64,000 nucleotides of DNA from Massalongia carnosa. Lineage: Eukaryota. The notes below the pieces were generated by a model. It saw only the letters and a program-made list of their open reading frames with translations. It did not search any database and was not told where the DNA came from. Shown here in pieces: positions 25,429-37,775 of the stretch. The stretch is taken from positions 434,001 through 498,000 of the forward strand of contig OZ287070.1 of assembly GCA_965645245.1 (NCBI GenBank). Reading direction: 5' to 3'. How positions within the stretch are numbered: the stretch's first letter is position 1; each line of letters opens with the position of its first letter. The position numbers were made by a program, and so were the translations under genes.

Positions 25429-26714
25429 CTAATAACTGCTCACATCGGCATCTCTCTGAGGTCCACCCTTCCTCACAAACTCCACCTCCGGAAAGCTTTT
25501 CCCCACCCTTCCCTTGAGGCTTTTCCCCAGCTTACCTTTCAAACTCCCTCCCTCGTCGCCGGCGAACACAAACTCCGCAAACGCGGTCACGTAAGAGCTG
25601 ATGATCTCCAACCCTCGGAGCCCCGACAACGGCCCAATCGGTGAGGGCCCCACGTTGGAGAACGCTGCTCGAAGGCCGAGGACGTCGGCCAGGAGCGGGA
25701 GGTCGGAGAAGCTCAAGTGTGTGGTTTTGGCAAGATCCAGTTCCAACTTCCAGCCGACAAGCTTCCTCCACGCATTTTCCCAGTTGCTCCCATGGAGGGA
25801 GGTTGAGGAACCGAACAGGAGGACAGGCTTCGAGATTTTATGGTTGGACGAATTCAGTTCGCCCTCAAAGTTGCCGTCCCAGTTCATCCCCCCAAAGATG
25901 CGCTTGTCGTGGAGCATAATTTCCACCGCGGTGTCGCCGCCAAGGGAATGGCCAAACGCAACAACATGACTCGTGTCGATCGCAAAGGGATGGGATGGAG
26001 CGGGTCGAGATAGTTCGTCGAGAACGAAAGAGACGTCTTGCAGCCGCGGGGCGAGATATTCGGCAAAGTCGGACTCGGCGGTGAGATTTGCTTCTCGGAT
26101 GACTTTCCCGTTAGGAAATTCTAAAATGGCGGCATCATAGGGGTGATCGATGGCAGCGACAATATAGCCGTTTCGTGCAATCTCTTCCAGTATGGTAGTG
26201 TACAAGCGAAACGTGACGCCAAAGCCTGGGGAGAAAACGAGCAGCGGCAAAGCGCGTCGGCCATGGCTATAAAGCGGCGCGTTGATTTGATTGTAGGTAA
26301 ATATTCGTTCGATGAGGCCGGGTAGACTTGCACTCGTGTCGAGCTGATTGTCGTAAAATTCTGCAGTAGCATTTGGTAGATATCTCGTTACAGGTCGCTT
26401 CTGTGGGGCATCCTCATTGGCTTGGGCAGGGTAGAAGAGAGAGACCACTACCTCCCGGCACATGGGATAGGTGCGAAAGCATCGCGGCGTGATTTATCGG
26501 TCAAGGCGATGGTTCGAACCCCCACGATGGGCTCATCTTTGAGTGTCGGAAGGTAGATGGGTTGAGAAGATTGAGCAGTTGCTACATGGAGCAAGCTGTA
26601 GCCCAGCAAGCCCAAAAAGCAACCTTTTAATTTCTTAAAGCCTTTTACTACCGTCATCAAAGTGTTTAAGGGCCTGTTGCTGTTTGCGTCCGAATCGACC
26701 ACATTCACCATCAC
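25429..26714 (-). pseudogene. Secreted PAF-acetylhydrolase-like alpha/beta hydrolase with an apparent frameshift near 26463
   Basis: Signal-like segment and LTDKSRRDAFAP in one frame; REVVVSLFYPA, VFSPGFG, AIDHPYDA, GHSLGG, NWDG, HLSFSD in the next; no intron signals at the join. Confidence 0.65.
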
Positions 26715-27761
26715 TCAAGCAACAGCGAAGCTCTTCATACATTTCATATTTGAGTCTGTGTGCGTTCGATGAGGGGAAGGCGATAAGCCACCAGAAAGAG
26801 TTAGTCGATCGAGGAGATCCGACTGAACGGTTCCGTATCTGCTATTTGGAAATTTGCTTTTGTTTTTACTTTTGTTGTTCCCAACACCGCAGATGCCACT
26901 GAGGCACCCTATCGTCCATCAATTTGCACGCCAAAACAGGTCGTTTTCGCCGCGTCACAATGTTGATCCTTGTACTATGCAGAGTTATGGATGGATATAC
27001 TCTGTATCATGAGGTGCTTTCGTGTTACAGATCTCAGACATTCTGACTTGAAGCGGATAGGAGAAGGAGGGAAATAATCAGCTTGCGTTCTTTGCGTTCG
27101 TGCGCGTATATGCTCAAGCTAGATCCAGTCACCATCGATTAGTTAACGCTATGCTATGCACAGGCGGAGCTGCACCTGGCCTGACACTTTACTCTATACA
27201 GAGTACCGGGTACCGAGTACTTCTGGCTGTCCAGAGTAGGAGAGCTGAACGTGCTCTATCACTGCGAGTAGGCAAAGGCGTACAGGATATGGACGACATT
27301 CTGATCTGTATCGCGACAAATTCATCTGAACTATGCAGTCACGTGGAAAACCCCCTCCGGCAATACTTTCCTGTCCTTTCTTTCTTTGTCGTTTCCAGGC
27401 AGCTCTTAACGAGTACGCTAATTTATAGCGTATGTTGGGAATTACTTGTCACATACAGAGTACAGAGCATCTGCACCAAAAGACGTCGAGTGAAGATTAA
27501 CCAAGCCCTTCGAATCTGTCATTCTCATCATAAAGATCATGCAAAACATCGGTGGCTGTCTTCCGCATCTACGGATCATCAAGTAGCAGTGGCAAATCAA
27601 CCGAGCGTGGATGAACGAAAGATGTGATAGGAAAACCACTAAGGAAAGTCGGGAAAGCAGAAAAAATTGAAAATAAATCCTCAGGCCCGCCCGCCCGGCA
27701 AACTCCACGGTTCATGCCGCAGCAAGGTAAAAATATAAAGCCGACCATTGGAAATACAAAC

Positions 27762-30665
27762 ATGCCTTCACACAAGGCCCTCAAAACCCGTGCCGACTCC
27801 TCGCCGTCAAACTATTCTAACGATGTCAAGAAAAAACTGGCAGCGTCCAACCGGACGGGTCAAGCGTGTGACCGCTGTCGCGTAGGTTCCTCCATCCAAC
27901 CATAGTCTGACTAAGGTACTCACGACTTCCAGATCCGGAAGATGCGCTGTGACGAGCATGCAGAAGGATGCTCTCCATGCCAACAGAATCACTCCGAGTG
28001 TAAAACCACCGACCGAATCACGGGTATTGCGACCGTGCGAGGCTATGTGCAGAACTTGGAACGTCGGGTGCGTGAGCTCCAAGAGCAAAATAATGAATAT
28101 GAAGAGCGATTGATGGCCATGGGAGTGGATGTGAGGCCAACGATGGATTACTCCGATGCAACAACCGCATCGCTGCTGCGCTGGAACGAGACACAAGGAG
28201 ATAGAAACCGTCAAGTCTGGGGGAACCATGGAAACGGGTTAGTTCCACCGGCCAATAACGCACCCCAACGCACGGGCAATGAGGCTGGACCCACGAATGA
28301 GCCCTTACCAGATACCAATTCATGTCGTCTTCCCAACTTTCGTGGTGGCCTTGCAGGAAACAATTACTTGGGAGTATCGTCAGGCAATTCTCTATTGAGC
28401 TCAATTCGTGGAACGGCTCTGAGTGTGTTGGGCATGGAAATTGATATTGCCGATTACGTATCCCCGGACTTGGATGAGCCAGATCCATCAGTGCTCTTGA
28501 CCAGACCTCTACACAACAAATCTTACCATGCCTTTGTACAAACCGCCTTTAGCACAGGCCCAAAGCTTGAAAAGGTTGAGCTGCCGCCAAAGGACGAGGG
28601 TCTCACATACGCGCAGTGGTTTTTCAGGGTGATCAATCCCTACCTTCCGATTTTACATAAGCCGACTTTTATGACTTTGGTAAGGCAATCAATCTTATCC
28701 CCCAGCGAGTCGATTGCTGATTTCCGATAGCTCACGACAATTTACGACAATCAGGGTGCTCATATATTCCAGCCATCCACCGCAGAGACAGTCATGGTAC
28801 ACATGATGTTCGCCATCATGTTTTTCCAATATGCAGCACGGAATTGGGAGAACTCTAGCCAGCAGTCGGAGCTAAATGATTTATCAAATCGGCATTATCA
28901 TTACGCTTTAGGCTTCTTTCCTCAACTTATTTCGAGCCATACCTTTCAAGATGTCCAGGCTTTGACTTTGATTTGCCTGCATCTGCGGAGCTTCCCTAAA
29001 CCGGGCGCGTGCTGGATGATGACGACAATGACAATCAACCTAGCCATTGAACTTGGCCTTCATCGTTCGGAGAGGCAATGGGCGTCTTCAACGCCACGGC
29101 GAAGCGTGTTGGAGAGCGAGATGCGGAAGCGCATATTTTGGTCGATTCTAGTTATCCATGTGCTCATATCTGGGAAACTAGGCCGTCCAATGGCCTTACG
29201 GCCTGATGACTTTGATGTCGAGTTGCCCAGGGTAGTAGACGATGATCTTCTTGGAGAGAATGGGGTCGATGCTTCAAGGCCTGGAAAATGCGGCTTTCTG
29301 GTTGGCATGGAGGCATTCAAGGTCGAACTGATCTTCATGGATCTTTACAACAACATCTACGCTGTTAAGAGATCTCCAAAAACCTACATTGAGACCGTGC
29401 GACGCTTGGACAACCGGATTCGTCAGTGGTGCGACCAGTGGCCTGTCGAACTGCTTCCAGAGACAGCCTCCAACGACGAAGAAGGTCGTGTACATGCGCA
29501 ATACATGAGCGTCTGGCTGTTCGAGTTTCTGCTTTTACTTCGCCACCCCTCTTTGTCTTTGACTTTATCTGCAGAGTTTAACAGCGAGAATCTTTCCGTC
29601 TGCATGGATGCGTCGCAGAGAATGTTACACCACGTGAAGCAAATCCAAAGATATCGGAGTTTGGATACCAACTGGCAGAACGCAGCGTTGTATGTCCTCG
29701 CCATCTCGACCAGTCTGTACGGGCATTGGGAGCGTAGAGACGATATCACTCGGGCCATCCATGATACCTTGAAAGACGACATGAACGCTTGGTTAAGCAT
29801 CTTAGGCGATGTGGGCGCGCTGCTTGGTTTGTCCGAGGTTGCCAATGCTTGAGGGCAGAAAGCTAACGATGTAACAGGTTCAGGAAACCGCCTTCAAGAA
29901 GCAGTGCGCGGGACGGTTGACAACACTCTTGGGCTTCTGTCCCGACATTTGGCACACAAAACGGCCACATCCGCGCTTTCCGCTCCCCCTGGTGGCAGTT
30001 CGTCTCCTCTTGGCGGAAGTTCCTCGCCTCTCTCCCATCACCTGCAGGCCGTTCAGTCACCCCCGCAAGTCTACCACCCAGCGCCATGGGCGCCTCAAAT
30101 GCCAGTCTCCACGAGCAATACCACGAATCCAGCCGACCTTAGCAACCAGCATGCACCCAATTTCCTCAGCCCGGAAATCATCGCTCCACCGCCAGCCTCA
30201 TTCCCCGGTTCTACGCACTTTACCTACCCCGAACCGTTCCCAGCGACATACCCGACCAGCCATAGTTCAGCCCCTTATCCGCCGAACCCAACAATTGCAC
30301 CGTACCATCCTCACCCGCCTTCTTTCCCACCATCTCAATATCCGCACCCCACGCAACAAGCGACTGCTACTGCAGCGAATCCCTTTGTCTACCCTAACCA
30401 GCATTCGTACCACACTTATGCTGGCGCGGGCAGCTCGTCTTCCTGGCGCCTATGGGCGTGCAACATCACCGCTACCCAGGAACCCCAGGAATACATTAAC
30501 TCCGCCTCGGCGCTCATGCAGCTTGGAGGCCGTGGCGAGACGCAGTCTACAGCGGGAACAGGCGTGACGGCTGCAGAGGGAATTGGGGAAGGAGATGCAG
30601 CGGCGGGTTTAGCCGGGCAGCCGTGGCCACTAATGCTTTTCGACCCCGCACAGGGAAGTGGATGA
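27762..30665 (+). CDS. Zn(II)2Cys6 transcription factor with fungal-specific TF domain; exons 27762-27881, 27933-28679, 28731-29826, 29878-30665 (alternative ATG at 27714)
   Basis: RTGQACDRCR/IRKMRCD....CSPC.....C; INPYLPILHKPTF; LAIELGLHR; RKRIFWS; LGRP; introns keep frame. Confidence 0.92.
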
Positions 30666-31370
30666 GTTGAATGTTTCAAGCGGCAATACAGCAGGGTCAC
30701 CTTTTTTATCTTACAGAATCGTTTTCGTCTTTCAAGCGCTGAACGCAGAAACGAATCATGATATGGAATTGATTCCCGGCGTTCAAGATCCATAGGTAGT
30801 CACGGGGTGATCTAATACGGAGTGCCAGACAGGGATTTTCTTTTTTTTTCCCCAAAGCAATCAAAGGATACGTACAGTAATAAATCTAGCACAGCAATAC
30901 GGACGGGAGGATGGAAAATCCGTCGCCGACAGAATCATCCTCCACGGCGCTTTCTTTCTTTTAAATCAACAAGTTCTCAATGATAGCGGGGGCGAGAAGA
31001 CGAAACGAGACTGGAGAGACTTTAAAGAAAGGGAAGGAGAGGTTGTCAATTACTCTCATGTTCCTTTCATATTTGCTCCTACCGAGTAGGTAGCTAGCTA
31101 GCCAACGGTAGCGGTTTTTTTTACGGCCTTTATTTCCGAGAGGGAGAGAGAGACTGGAGGGAAAAATAGGGGGTTGGATTTTACTTTTTTACGTTCGCTC
31201 CTGCCCAACTACTACGCACCTACCCCGTGTACTTTATGTACGTAGCGAAGTGGTAGCTAGGTTTAGGTTAGCTAACGGTAGCGTTTTGTCCGATTTCTCC
31301 TTCCGGCTTTTTCCACCATACTTTACGTTTCCGTTGCCAATGTAATACATAGCCTCACGTACCTACCTAC

Positions 31371-31465
31371 TAGGCAGGTAGGCAGGCAGGCAGTTAAGCA
31401 AGTATGTATGTAGGTAGGTAGGTAGGTAGGTAGGTAGGTAGGTAGGTAGGTAGGTAGAGTAGGTA
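31371..31465. repeat. (GGTA/GGCA)n tetranucleotide microsatellite
   Basis: Seen directly. Confidence 0.9.
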
Positions 31466-31917
31466 CATATGCGCCAAATCTCCATCTCTCCACCACCTCG
31501 TCGCAACCTGTTTTCTTTTTTGTGCGAGGGAGGGGGTTGTTTTCTCGTGAGTTGTTTCTTCTTTTCTTCTTTTTTCCAAGGTAGATAGATGGGATAGAGA
31601 GGGCGGTTTTTGTGGTTTCGGGCTGGGGGATGAAGGAATGGGTGGAGCGATGATGATGAGAGTCTGGGTAGGTACTGACTAACTCACTGTAGATGGAGTA
31701 TTGATACATACATTGATTCATAGATAGGTAGAATACTTAGTTAGGTATGTTTCCTGGAGTCCCTTTTTTCCTTTCCCTCCCTATTTCTATCTATATATCT
31801 CCCTATATCTTCCATTCTCCCCCCCTTCCGCCCTCCGCCCTCCGGGTTTCCGTTTCTCCAGGTGCAGGCAGGCATTGATGCGTCGGATAGATAGTTACTA
31901 ATCTATGTAACTAACTA

Positions 31918-31952
31918 GATGGATGGATGGATGGATGGATGGATGGATGGAT
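31918..31952. repeat. (GATG)n microsatellite
   Basis: Seen directly. Confidence 0.9.
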
Positions 31953-34284
31953 TCACCCACGCAACGAGCGTGCGTGGTGTCTATACAGAAGAGCGACGTT
32001 GCAACAAACTCCCGGGCTTTTGGTTTTACTTTTTATTGTTACTACTATTTTTCTTTTTAGAACTAGTTTTGTTTTCTTATTACTTTATATTTTGGGGCGG
32101 GGAAACCTCCCTCTACCTAGCCCCTAGGCACCTTCCCCTTCCTAACCTCCTAATTCTAAACAATCCCCCAATCCCCTGTCCGATCAAAAGTCAGCACCTT
32201 ATGCCCGTACAGAAACAAGAACGGTCACTGCGCAAACGTCTAGGCGTCGGCGCGAGGAGGGCGGAGATGAGGGAGAGAATGGTCAGGGTGGGAACACACA
32301 TGTTGTGTGACCTAGGATCAATATGATGTCAGGAGTTTCGCGATACGACCTGGAGTGATTTATTTCGAATTTTACAAGTTATCGCTTTGCGTCTTCATTC
32401 CTTTGCTGAGTGGACAATCTGTCTACGAGGAGACAACATCACCGTTTTATATCTTCAACCTCCCATGCCCTCCCTCAGACAACACAACCAAGTCTGCCGC
32501 TACCTGTCCTCGACAGCATTTTCTTTCAGGGATCTCGGTATGCTCTCTGTTTGCCACAAGAACGGTCAAATGCAGTAGGCCGGGATGTTTGACTACTATG
32601 ATAACTAGGGGATTTGGACCACGAGTTTGGGTCAGTCTCTCTGTTTTCGGGAGGTATTCCCAACACCCTGCTTCCTTGAACAGATGCTTGAACGAAGTAC
32701 CTTATGCGCTTGGGGTCGACTAGAATCTGTGCCAAGGCAAGTGGGTATTTCGTACAAAAATCACTCGGACTAAATGGAGAAGCGGGGGCTTGGCTCCAAA
32801 CGAAATTTAGCAAATAGAAATTCCAAGAAGAAGCCTGCAATTTTGGGTAAAGTTTGGAATATTTTGGGGATCACGATTGGATTGTGAACAGCCTCTCGAG
32901 TCGCCTCAAGATGCCACTGCTAAACCTTTCCCAACCAAGAGCTTAATGAGGATTTCAGTCGACTGCGTATGCGACTAGTGGGAAGAGGATCACAGCCGAG
33001 AACATTGCAAGGCTCGCTGACTCCAAACCCAATCAGGTAAAGAATGGCACTTTTCTTGGTTTCTTAGTTAGATCAGCTTTGAGCTAGGGGCCGAAATACA
33101 AGCTGCATGTCGATTCCGAAACCGTCACACCGACAACGTTAAGATACTCATAGTACTGTGAGCAAGGCCAACTCACACAGAAGAGATGTTACAACGAAAT
33201 TGTGGAAAGAGAGAAACCAGAACAGAATACTCTGCGAGATAGTAACTCTAGGCTAAAGTTTGCCCAAAAGATTTCTCGAGCGCTCTGTACCTTTTATCCT
33301 CAGAATGTGGCTATGTGTGATAGAGATCCTAACTTGACGCAACCATTAGGGTCTAAAAGCCGAGAATTAAGAGCCGGGCCTTGAAAACCGTTGGACTCGG
33401 CCGATTAAAGAAAGCATAGCGTTGCGCCACGTTAGGACCACTCCATATGGTTGGTGGAAACTTAATGTTTCTGCGGGTGTAAAAAATAGCCATATCTAGA
33501 TGACTAGCAGAAGGACACTAATCGTGCCAAAAGACTAAACCCCAACCGAGTCAGGGTCTAGTGCCCGACGGTCTACTGACGCATACAGTCTACTGACGCA
33601 CTTTTCCCATTTGTACTACCATTTTCACCACGTTGTTCATCTACCATCACCATGTCTAATTCATATTCTAGTAAGGAGGATCAAATTGTCGATGCTATGA
33701 ACGCGTGGAACACGGGTGAATTTCGAAGTATACGCGCAGTAGCCCTTGATTTCGATGTCGATATTCGTACGCTTCAAAGACGACTTGCTGGAGGAGGTTC
33801 GCGCATCGGTCGACCTGGCCCCAACAAGGCCTTATCTGATGAGCAAGAGCTGGCCTTTTGTGAGTATATTATGAGCAAGAGCTGACCCTTTGTGAGTATA
33901 TTGAGCTGCTCGATCAAGCCGAACAATCAGTCAGGTTTTCAATGGTTCGGGGGGCTGTCAATTATCTACTTCGAGAAGCTCATTCAGACGTCTTCATTCC
34001 CTCTCCTCACGTCAGCAATGCCTGGATCAAACGTTTTCTCAATCGTCATCCTCAATTCTTCAAACGAAAACAAAAACCTCTGGCGGTTGAGCGAAAACAC
34101 GCGCACAATGCGAAGAATATGCTTGAATATTTTGAAGCATATCGAGCTGCGCGAAAGACGCGGGGAATAGCGAACGAGGATGTTTGAAACATGGATGAAA
34201 CGAGCTTTCGAATTGATTGTGGCAAAGCTCATTGAATTATATCAACTCACTCCAGAAAGCCGTTGCTATTGACAGATCCAGATA

Positions 34285-36311
34285 CAGTGAAACCTGGTTA
34301 AAACGAACCTTTTTCCAACGAATTCGGCTTATAAGGAATTTTTTTCATGGATGAGCGATTCTTGTATGTAAAATAACGAATGTCGGCCTATTGCGAATTC
34401 GTAAGCAATTTTAGAAAGTTTCTTAGTGATTCGCTATAACTAGACCTCGGCAATTACCCTTTTAGGATTAGCTGATAAAAATTCTTGATACGTAGTACTA
34501 CATGCTGCGCATCCTATCGATAGATAACATATCCTTTTAATAACCAACAACTCATCATGAATTCTTCCTCCAAAAAACGTCGTCGACCTATCACAGATGC
34601 AGAAAAACACGCGCTTCGTCAGTATGTTCAGAATAATTTCGTTAAAAGACCTTTCGGCAAAGCTCTTCAAGTCTGGTTTGAAGCTGAATTCGGTCATACA
34701 CCTTCGGAATCTACAATATCGGATATTCTTTCTCGAAAATACGATCGTTTAAATGAGAAGGAGACATTTCAACCTGATATCAAAAGATTGAAAGCTTCTT
34801 TTTGGCCGGATCTTGAAGCGGCTCTTTTCGAATGGCAACAACGAATGCAGACAAAGCAGGCGACTGTGACGGGAGAGTTATTGAAGGAGATGGCAAAGAA
34901 AATCTGGACAAGACTTCCTCAATACTCTCATGAAGAAATGCCCAAATTTTCTAACGGTTGGCTAGATGCTTTTAAAGCTCGTCATTCCATCTCCTTTCGT
35001 ATTCGACATGGAGAAGCGGCATCAGTTGACAAGGAGACAGTGGAAGAAGAATTGAGGGACTTGAGAATTAAGTTGGCTCCGTACGATCAAGACGATGTAT
35101 ACGACATGGATGAGGCTGCCTTGTATTGGAAGATGAATCCGAATGGAACGTTGGCTACAGCTTCATCTGCTGGATTGAAGCTTGAGAAAGCTAGAATAAC
35201 CGTTAATTTTTGCGTTAATGCAACGGGCACTCATAAACTTCCACTTTTGTTCATTGGTACGGCAAAAACACCTCGCTGTTTTACGCGTGAGGGGATCAAC
35301 GTTAGCAACCTGAATATGCTATGGCGAAGCAATAGAAAGGCATGGATGACGGGAGTATTATTTCAAGAGTATTTGCAATGGTTTAGTCGTCAAACAAATC
35401 GCAAAGTAGTCTTGCTAGTCGATGGATTTTCAGCTCATGTTGCTGGCTATCGTCAGTATTCAGAATCAAATCCTGAATCATACGTTAAAGTGATATTTCT
35501 TCCTGCCAATGCTACAAGCATCTGTCAACCATTGGATCAAGGCATCATCAAGACGTTTAAGGCTCACTACAAGCGAAAATGGCTAGCCTTTTTATGTGAT
35601 CAGTATGATGCGGACAAAGATCCTTTTAAGAACATGCATATTTTGCAAGCTATTCGTTGGTCAATGACTGCTTGGGAGTATGACGTCAAACCCGCTACTA
35701 TCGTCAACTGCTGGATTAAGTCTTTGGTATTCTCAGCAAATTACGGACCTACTACGCAATTACAAGCGAAGAAAATAGGCTGGACGAAAGAAAAGGGTTG
35801 GTCGAAGGCAGTTGATCAAGAGACGGAAGACTACAATCAACTAGTAAAAGAGATGAGCACTACATTGCAGCAGTTGAAGAAGAATGATCGCATTCAAGAC
35901 GTCATAAGTATTGAACGATGTCTCAATCCCGCGGAAGAAATCATTGAGGATGATGATGATGACATTCTTGATACTATTGTGGATGCATACGCCGAGGGTC
36001 AAATTGAAGAATCGGATGAAGATGAGATCGTCAAACCTACAGTGAAATACTCTGAAGCTATTCAAGCTTTGAGAATACTACGTACATTTGATGAGCAACA
36101 GGAAGATGGCGACATCGATCTGATTCAACGTTTGAATGCTTCGGAGCAGGTTATGCTAAATGGGGAAATCAATACTAGAAAGCAGATGACCATTACCAGC
36201 TATTTTAGGTAGAAAATGAGATGTTTTCGTAGAAATTAAGGTTATAACGAAAACTGGTTATAACGAATTTTTTTCATGGAATCATCGATTCGTTATAGCC
36301 AGGGTTCACTG
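34285..36311 (+). mobile_element. Tigger/CENP-B-like pogo transposon, structurally intact, nested in the Fot1-like element
   Basis: TIRs CAGTGAAACCTGGTTAAAACGAA / TTCGTTATAGCCAGGGTTCACTG (20/23 match); TA at 34283-34284 and 36312-36313; removing it restores host frame ...TDPD-NREY... Confidence 0.95.
34557..36212 (+). CDS. Intact pogo/Tigger-type transposase (551 aa): CENP-B/Abp1-like HTH, HTH_Tnp_Tc5, DDE_1, acidic tail
   Basis: WFEAEFGH..S.STISDIL, PDLEAALFEW, FSNGWLDAFKARH, DMDEAALYW, LLVDGFSAH, QPLDQGIIKTFKAHY (37 residues between 2nd and 3rd Asp). Confidence 0.92.
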   Translation: MNSSSKKRRRPITDAEKHALRQYVQNNFVKRPFGKALQVWFEAEFGHTPSESTISDILSRKYDRLNEKETFQPDIKRLKASFWPDLEAALFEWQQRMQTKQATVTGELLKEMAKKIWTRLPQYSHEEMPKFSNGWLDAFKARHSISFRIRHGEAASVDKETVEEELRDLRIKLAPYDQDDVYDMDEAALYWKMNPNGTLATASSAGLKLEKARITVNFCVNATGTHKLPLLFIGTAKTPRCFTREGINVSNLNMLWRSNRKAWMTGVLFQEYLQWFSRQTNRKVVLLVDGFSAHVAGYRQYSESNPESYVKVIFLPANATSICQPLDQGIIKTFKAHYKRKWLAFLCDQYDADKDPFKNMHILQAIRWSMTAWEYDVKPATIVNCWIKSLVFSANYGPTTQLQAKKIGWTKEKGWSKAVDQETEDYNQLVKEMSTTLQQLKKNDRIQDVISIERCLNPAEEIIEDDDDDILDTIVDAYAEGQIEESDEDEIVKPTVKYSEAIQALRILRTFDEQQEDGDIDLIQRLNASEQVMLNGEINTRKQMTITSYFR

Positions 36312-37775
36312 TAATAGAGAATATGTTACCTCGTGTGAGTGTATTAGTGCTGGGGGGCGAAACATTCCCCCCCATGTTGATTATCGCGGGAGTTTTGATT
36401 CTCGAAAAATGGGCACAACAAAACGATCTGAATGACGATGTTTTGATGACTACTAATCCTACCGGCTATTCCAATGATGATTTGGCTATTGATTGATTGA
36501 AACATTTCGATAAACACAATCGAAAGGGTCAGATAGGTGCCTGACGTATGTTGATCATGAACGAATATGGATCTCATATAACATACGAGTTTTTTACATA
36601 TGCCAAACGAAATCAAATCGAGCTGTTTCGTTTGCCTCCTCATTCAACACATCTTAGCCAGCCATTAGATGTAGGATGTTTTCAGCCGTTCAAACATTAT
36701 CATTCCGAAGGCATTGACGAAGTGGTACGACTCGGAGAGGCAGATTTCGACAAACTAGATTTTTTGTCGATTTTTCAGCGCATGCGAAACCAAACATTCA
36801 CCTCATCTACCATATTCTCGTCATTCAGAAACACGGGTCTAATGCCTTATAATCCCAGTGTGATAATTCGAAAGCTGGAGGCAATTCAAACTCGACGACC
36901 TGCTACCCCGCCCCCACCTTTGTCAGCCCCACTGCTCGCCAGAACGCCTCGTACGACTAAAGAGGTGGTTGAATATGGTTACATCTTCGAATGAGTCTGA
37001 AGAAATATAACGTGCTGGACAATGAATGGGATTGTCATGTGGGTCGATTTGTGAAGGGCTCTATCTCCAATGCGCATGCACGTCAGATTATTGAGCGAGA
37101 CCTTCGGGCCAGTCAACAACAGTCCAATGCGAAGGCGGCCCGTAGAAAACTGGCCCGTAGAAAACTGGATGGAAAGGTCGCCCAGAAAGGGAGGGGTCAT
37201 AACTGTGGGAGATGTACGGGCGAAAACATCGAAACGCTGTCAGAACGAGGTGGAAAAGACCAGAACTGGCCTATGATCGTGCCAAACTAGCTGCTGAAAA
37301 GAAGCAGATAGCCCTGAACGAAAGGTATAAAACAATCGCCAAATCGATGCCCAGACAAGCGAAGCTATTTTACCAGCGTAATAATAAATCAATTTCTACA
37401 TAACCGTTGTTGTCCCCAATTTGTAGCAGAAATGGTAGTAAAAATGGGAAAAGTGCGTCAGTAGACCGTCGGGCACTAGACCCTGACTCGGTTGGGGTTT
37501 AGTCTTTGGGCATGATTATCGGATCACCGCCGTACTCCCTAACACTTCCCTTGATTGAAGGCTCAAGATTTTTAGCGGTCAACCCAGCGGCGCTGCAAAG
37601 CTAGATGACCATCGGTGATCGTATTATGCTTTATTCAAGACTTCTCCAGGTACGTTAGCTGATAAGACATCACCTTTCTGATCTGTGTAAGAAGGGAAAA
37701 TAAGCTGACGAAGCACGATTGAAATTCTGCTTTCTATTTGCCATGTTTCTCGTTACGTAGATACCTAAATTTACC

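Larger units (their letters stand above)
33652..37403 (+). pseudogene. Fot1-type DDE_1 transposase, split at 34284/36312, with multiple stops and frameshifts
   Basis: HTH_psq-like SIRAVALDFDVDIRTLQRRL, WIKRFLNRHP, NMDETSFRI, NREYVT..ECISAGG, LIMNEYGSH, LPPHSTHLSQPLDVGCFQPFKHY. Confidence 0.9.
33521..37516 (+). mobile_element. Fot1/Pot-like (pogo, Tc1/mariner superfamily) transposon, inactive, carrying a nested element
   Basis: ~90-bp TIRs ATCGTGCCAAAAGACTAAACCCCAACCGAGTCAGGGTCTAGTGCCCGACGGTCTACTGACGCA... matched at ~37430-37516; TA at 33519-33520 and 37517-37518. Confidence 0.95.

Noticed and set aside
31323..32326. ORFs with LPTY and MDGW repeats
   Set aside because: Translations of GGTA and GATG microsatellites
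34557..36212. Domesticated CENP-B homologue
   Set aside because: It has TIRs and a TA duplication and interrupts another transposase precisely
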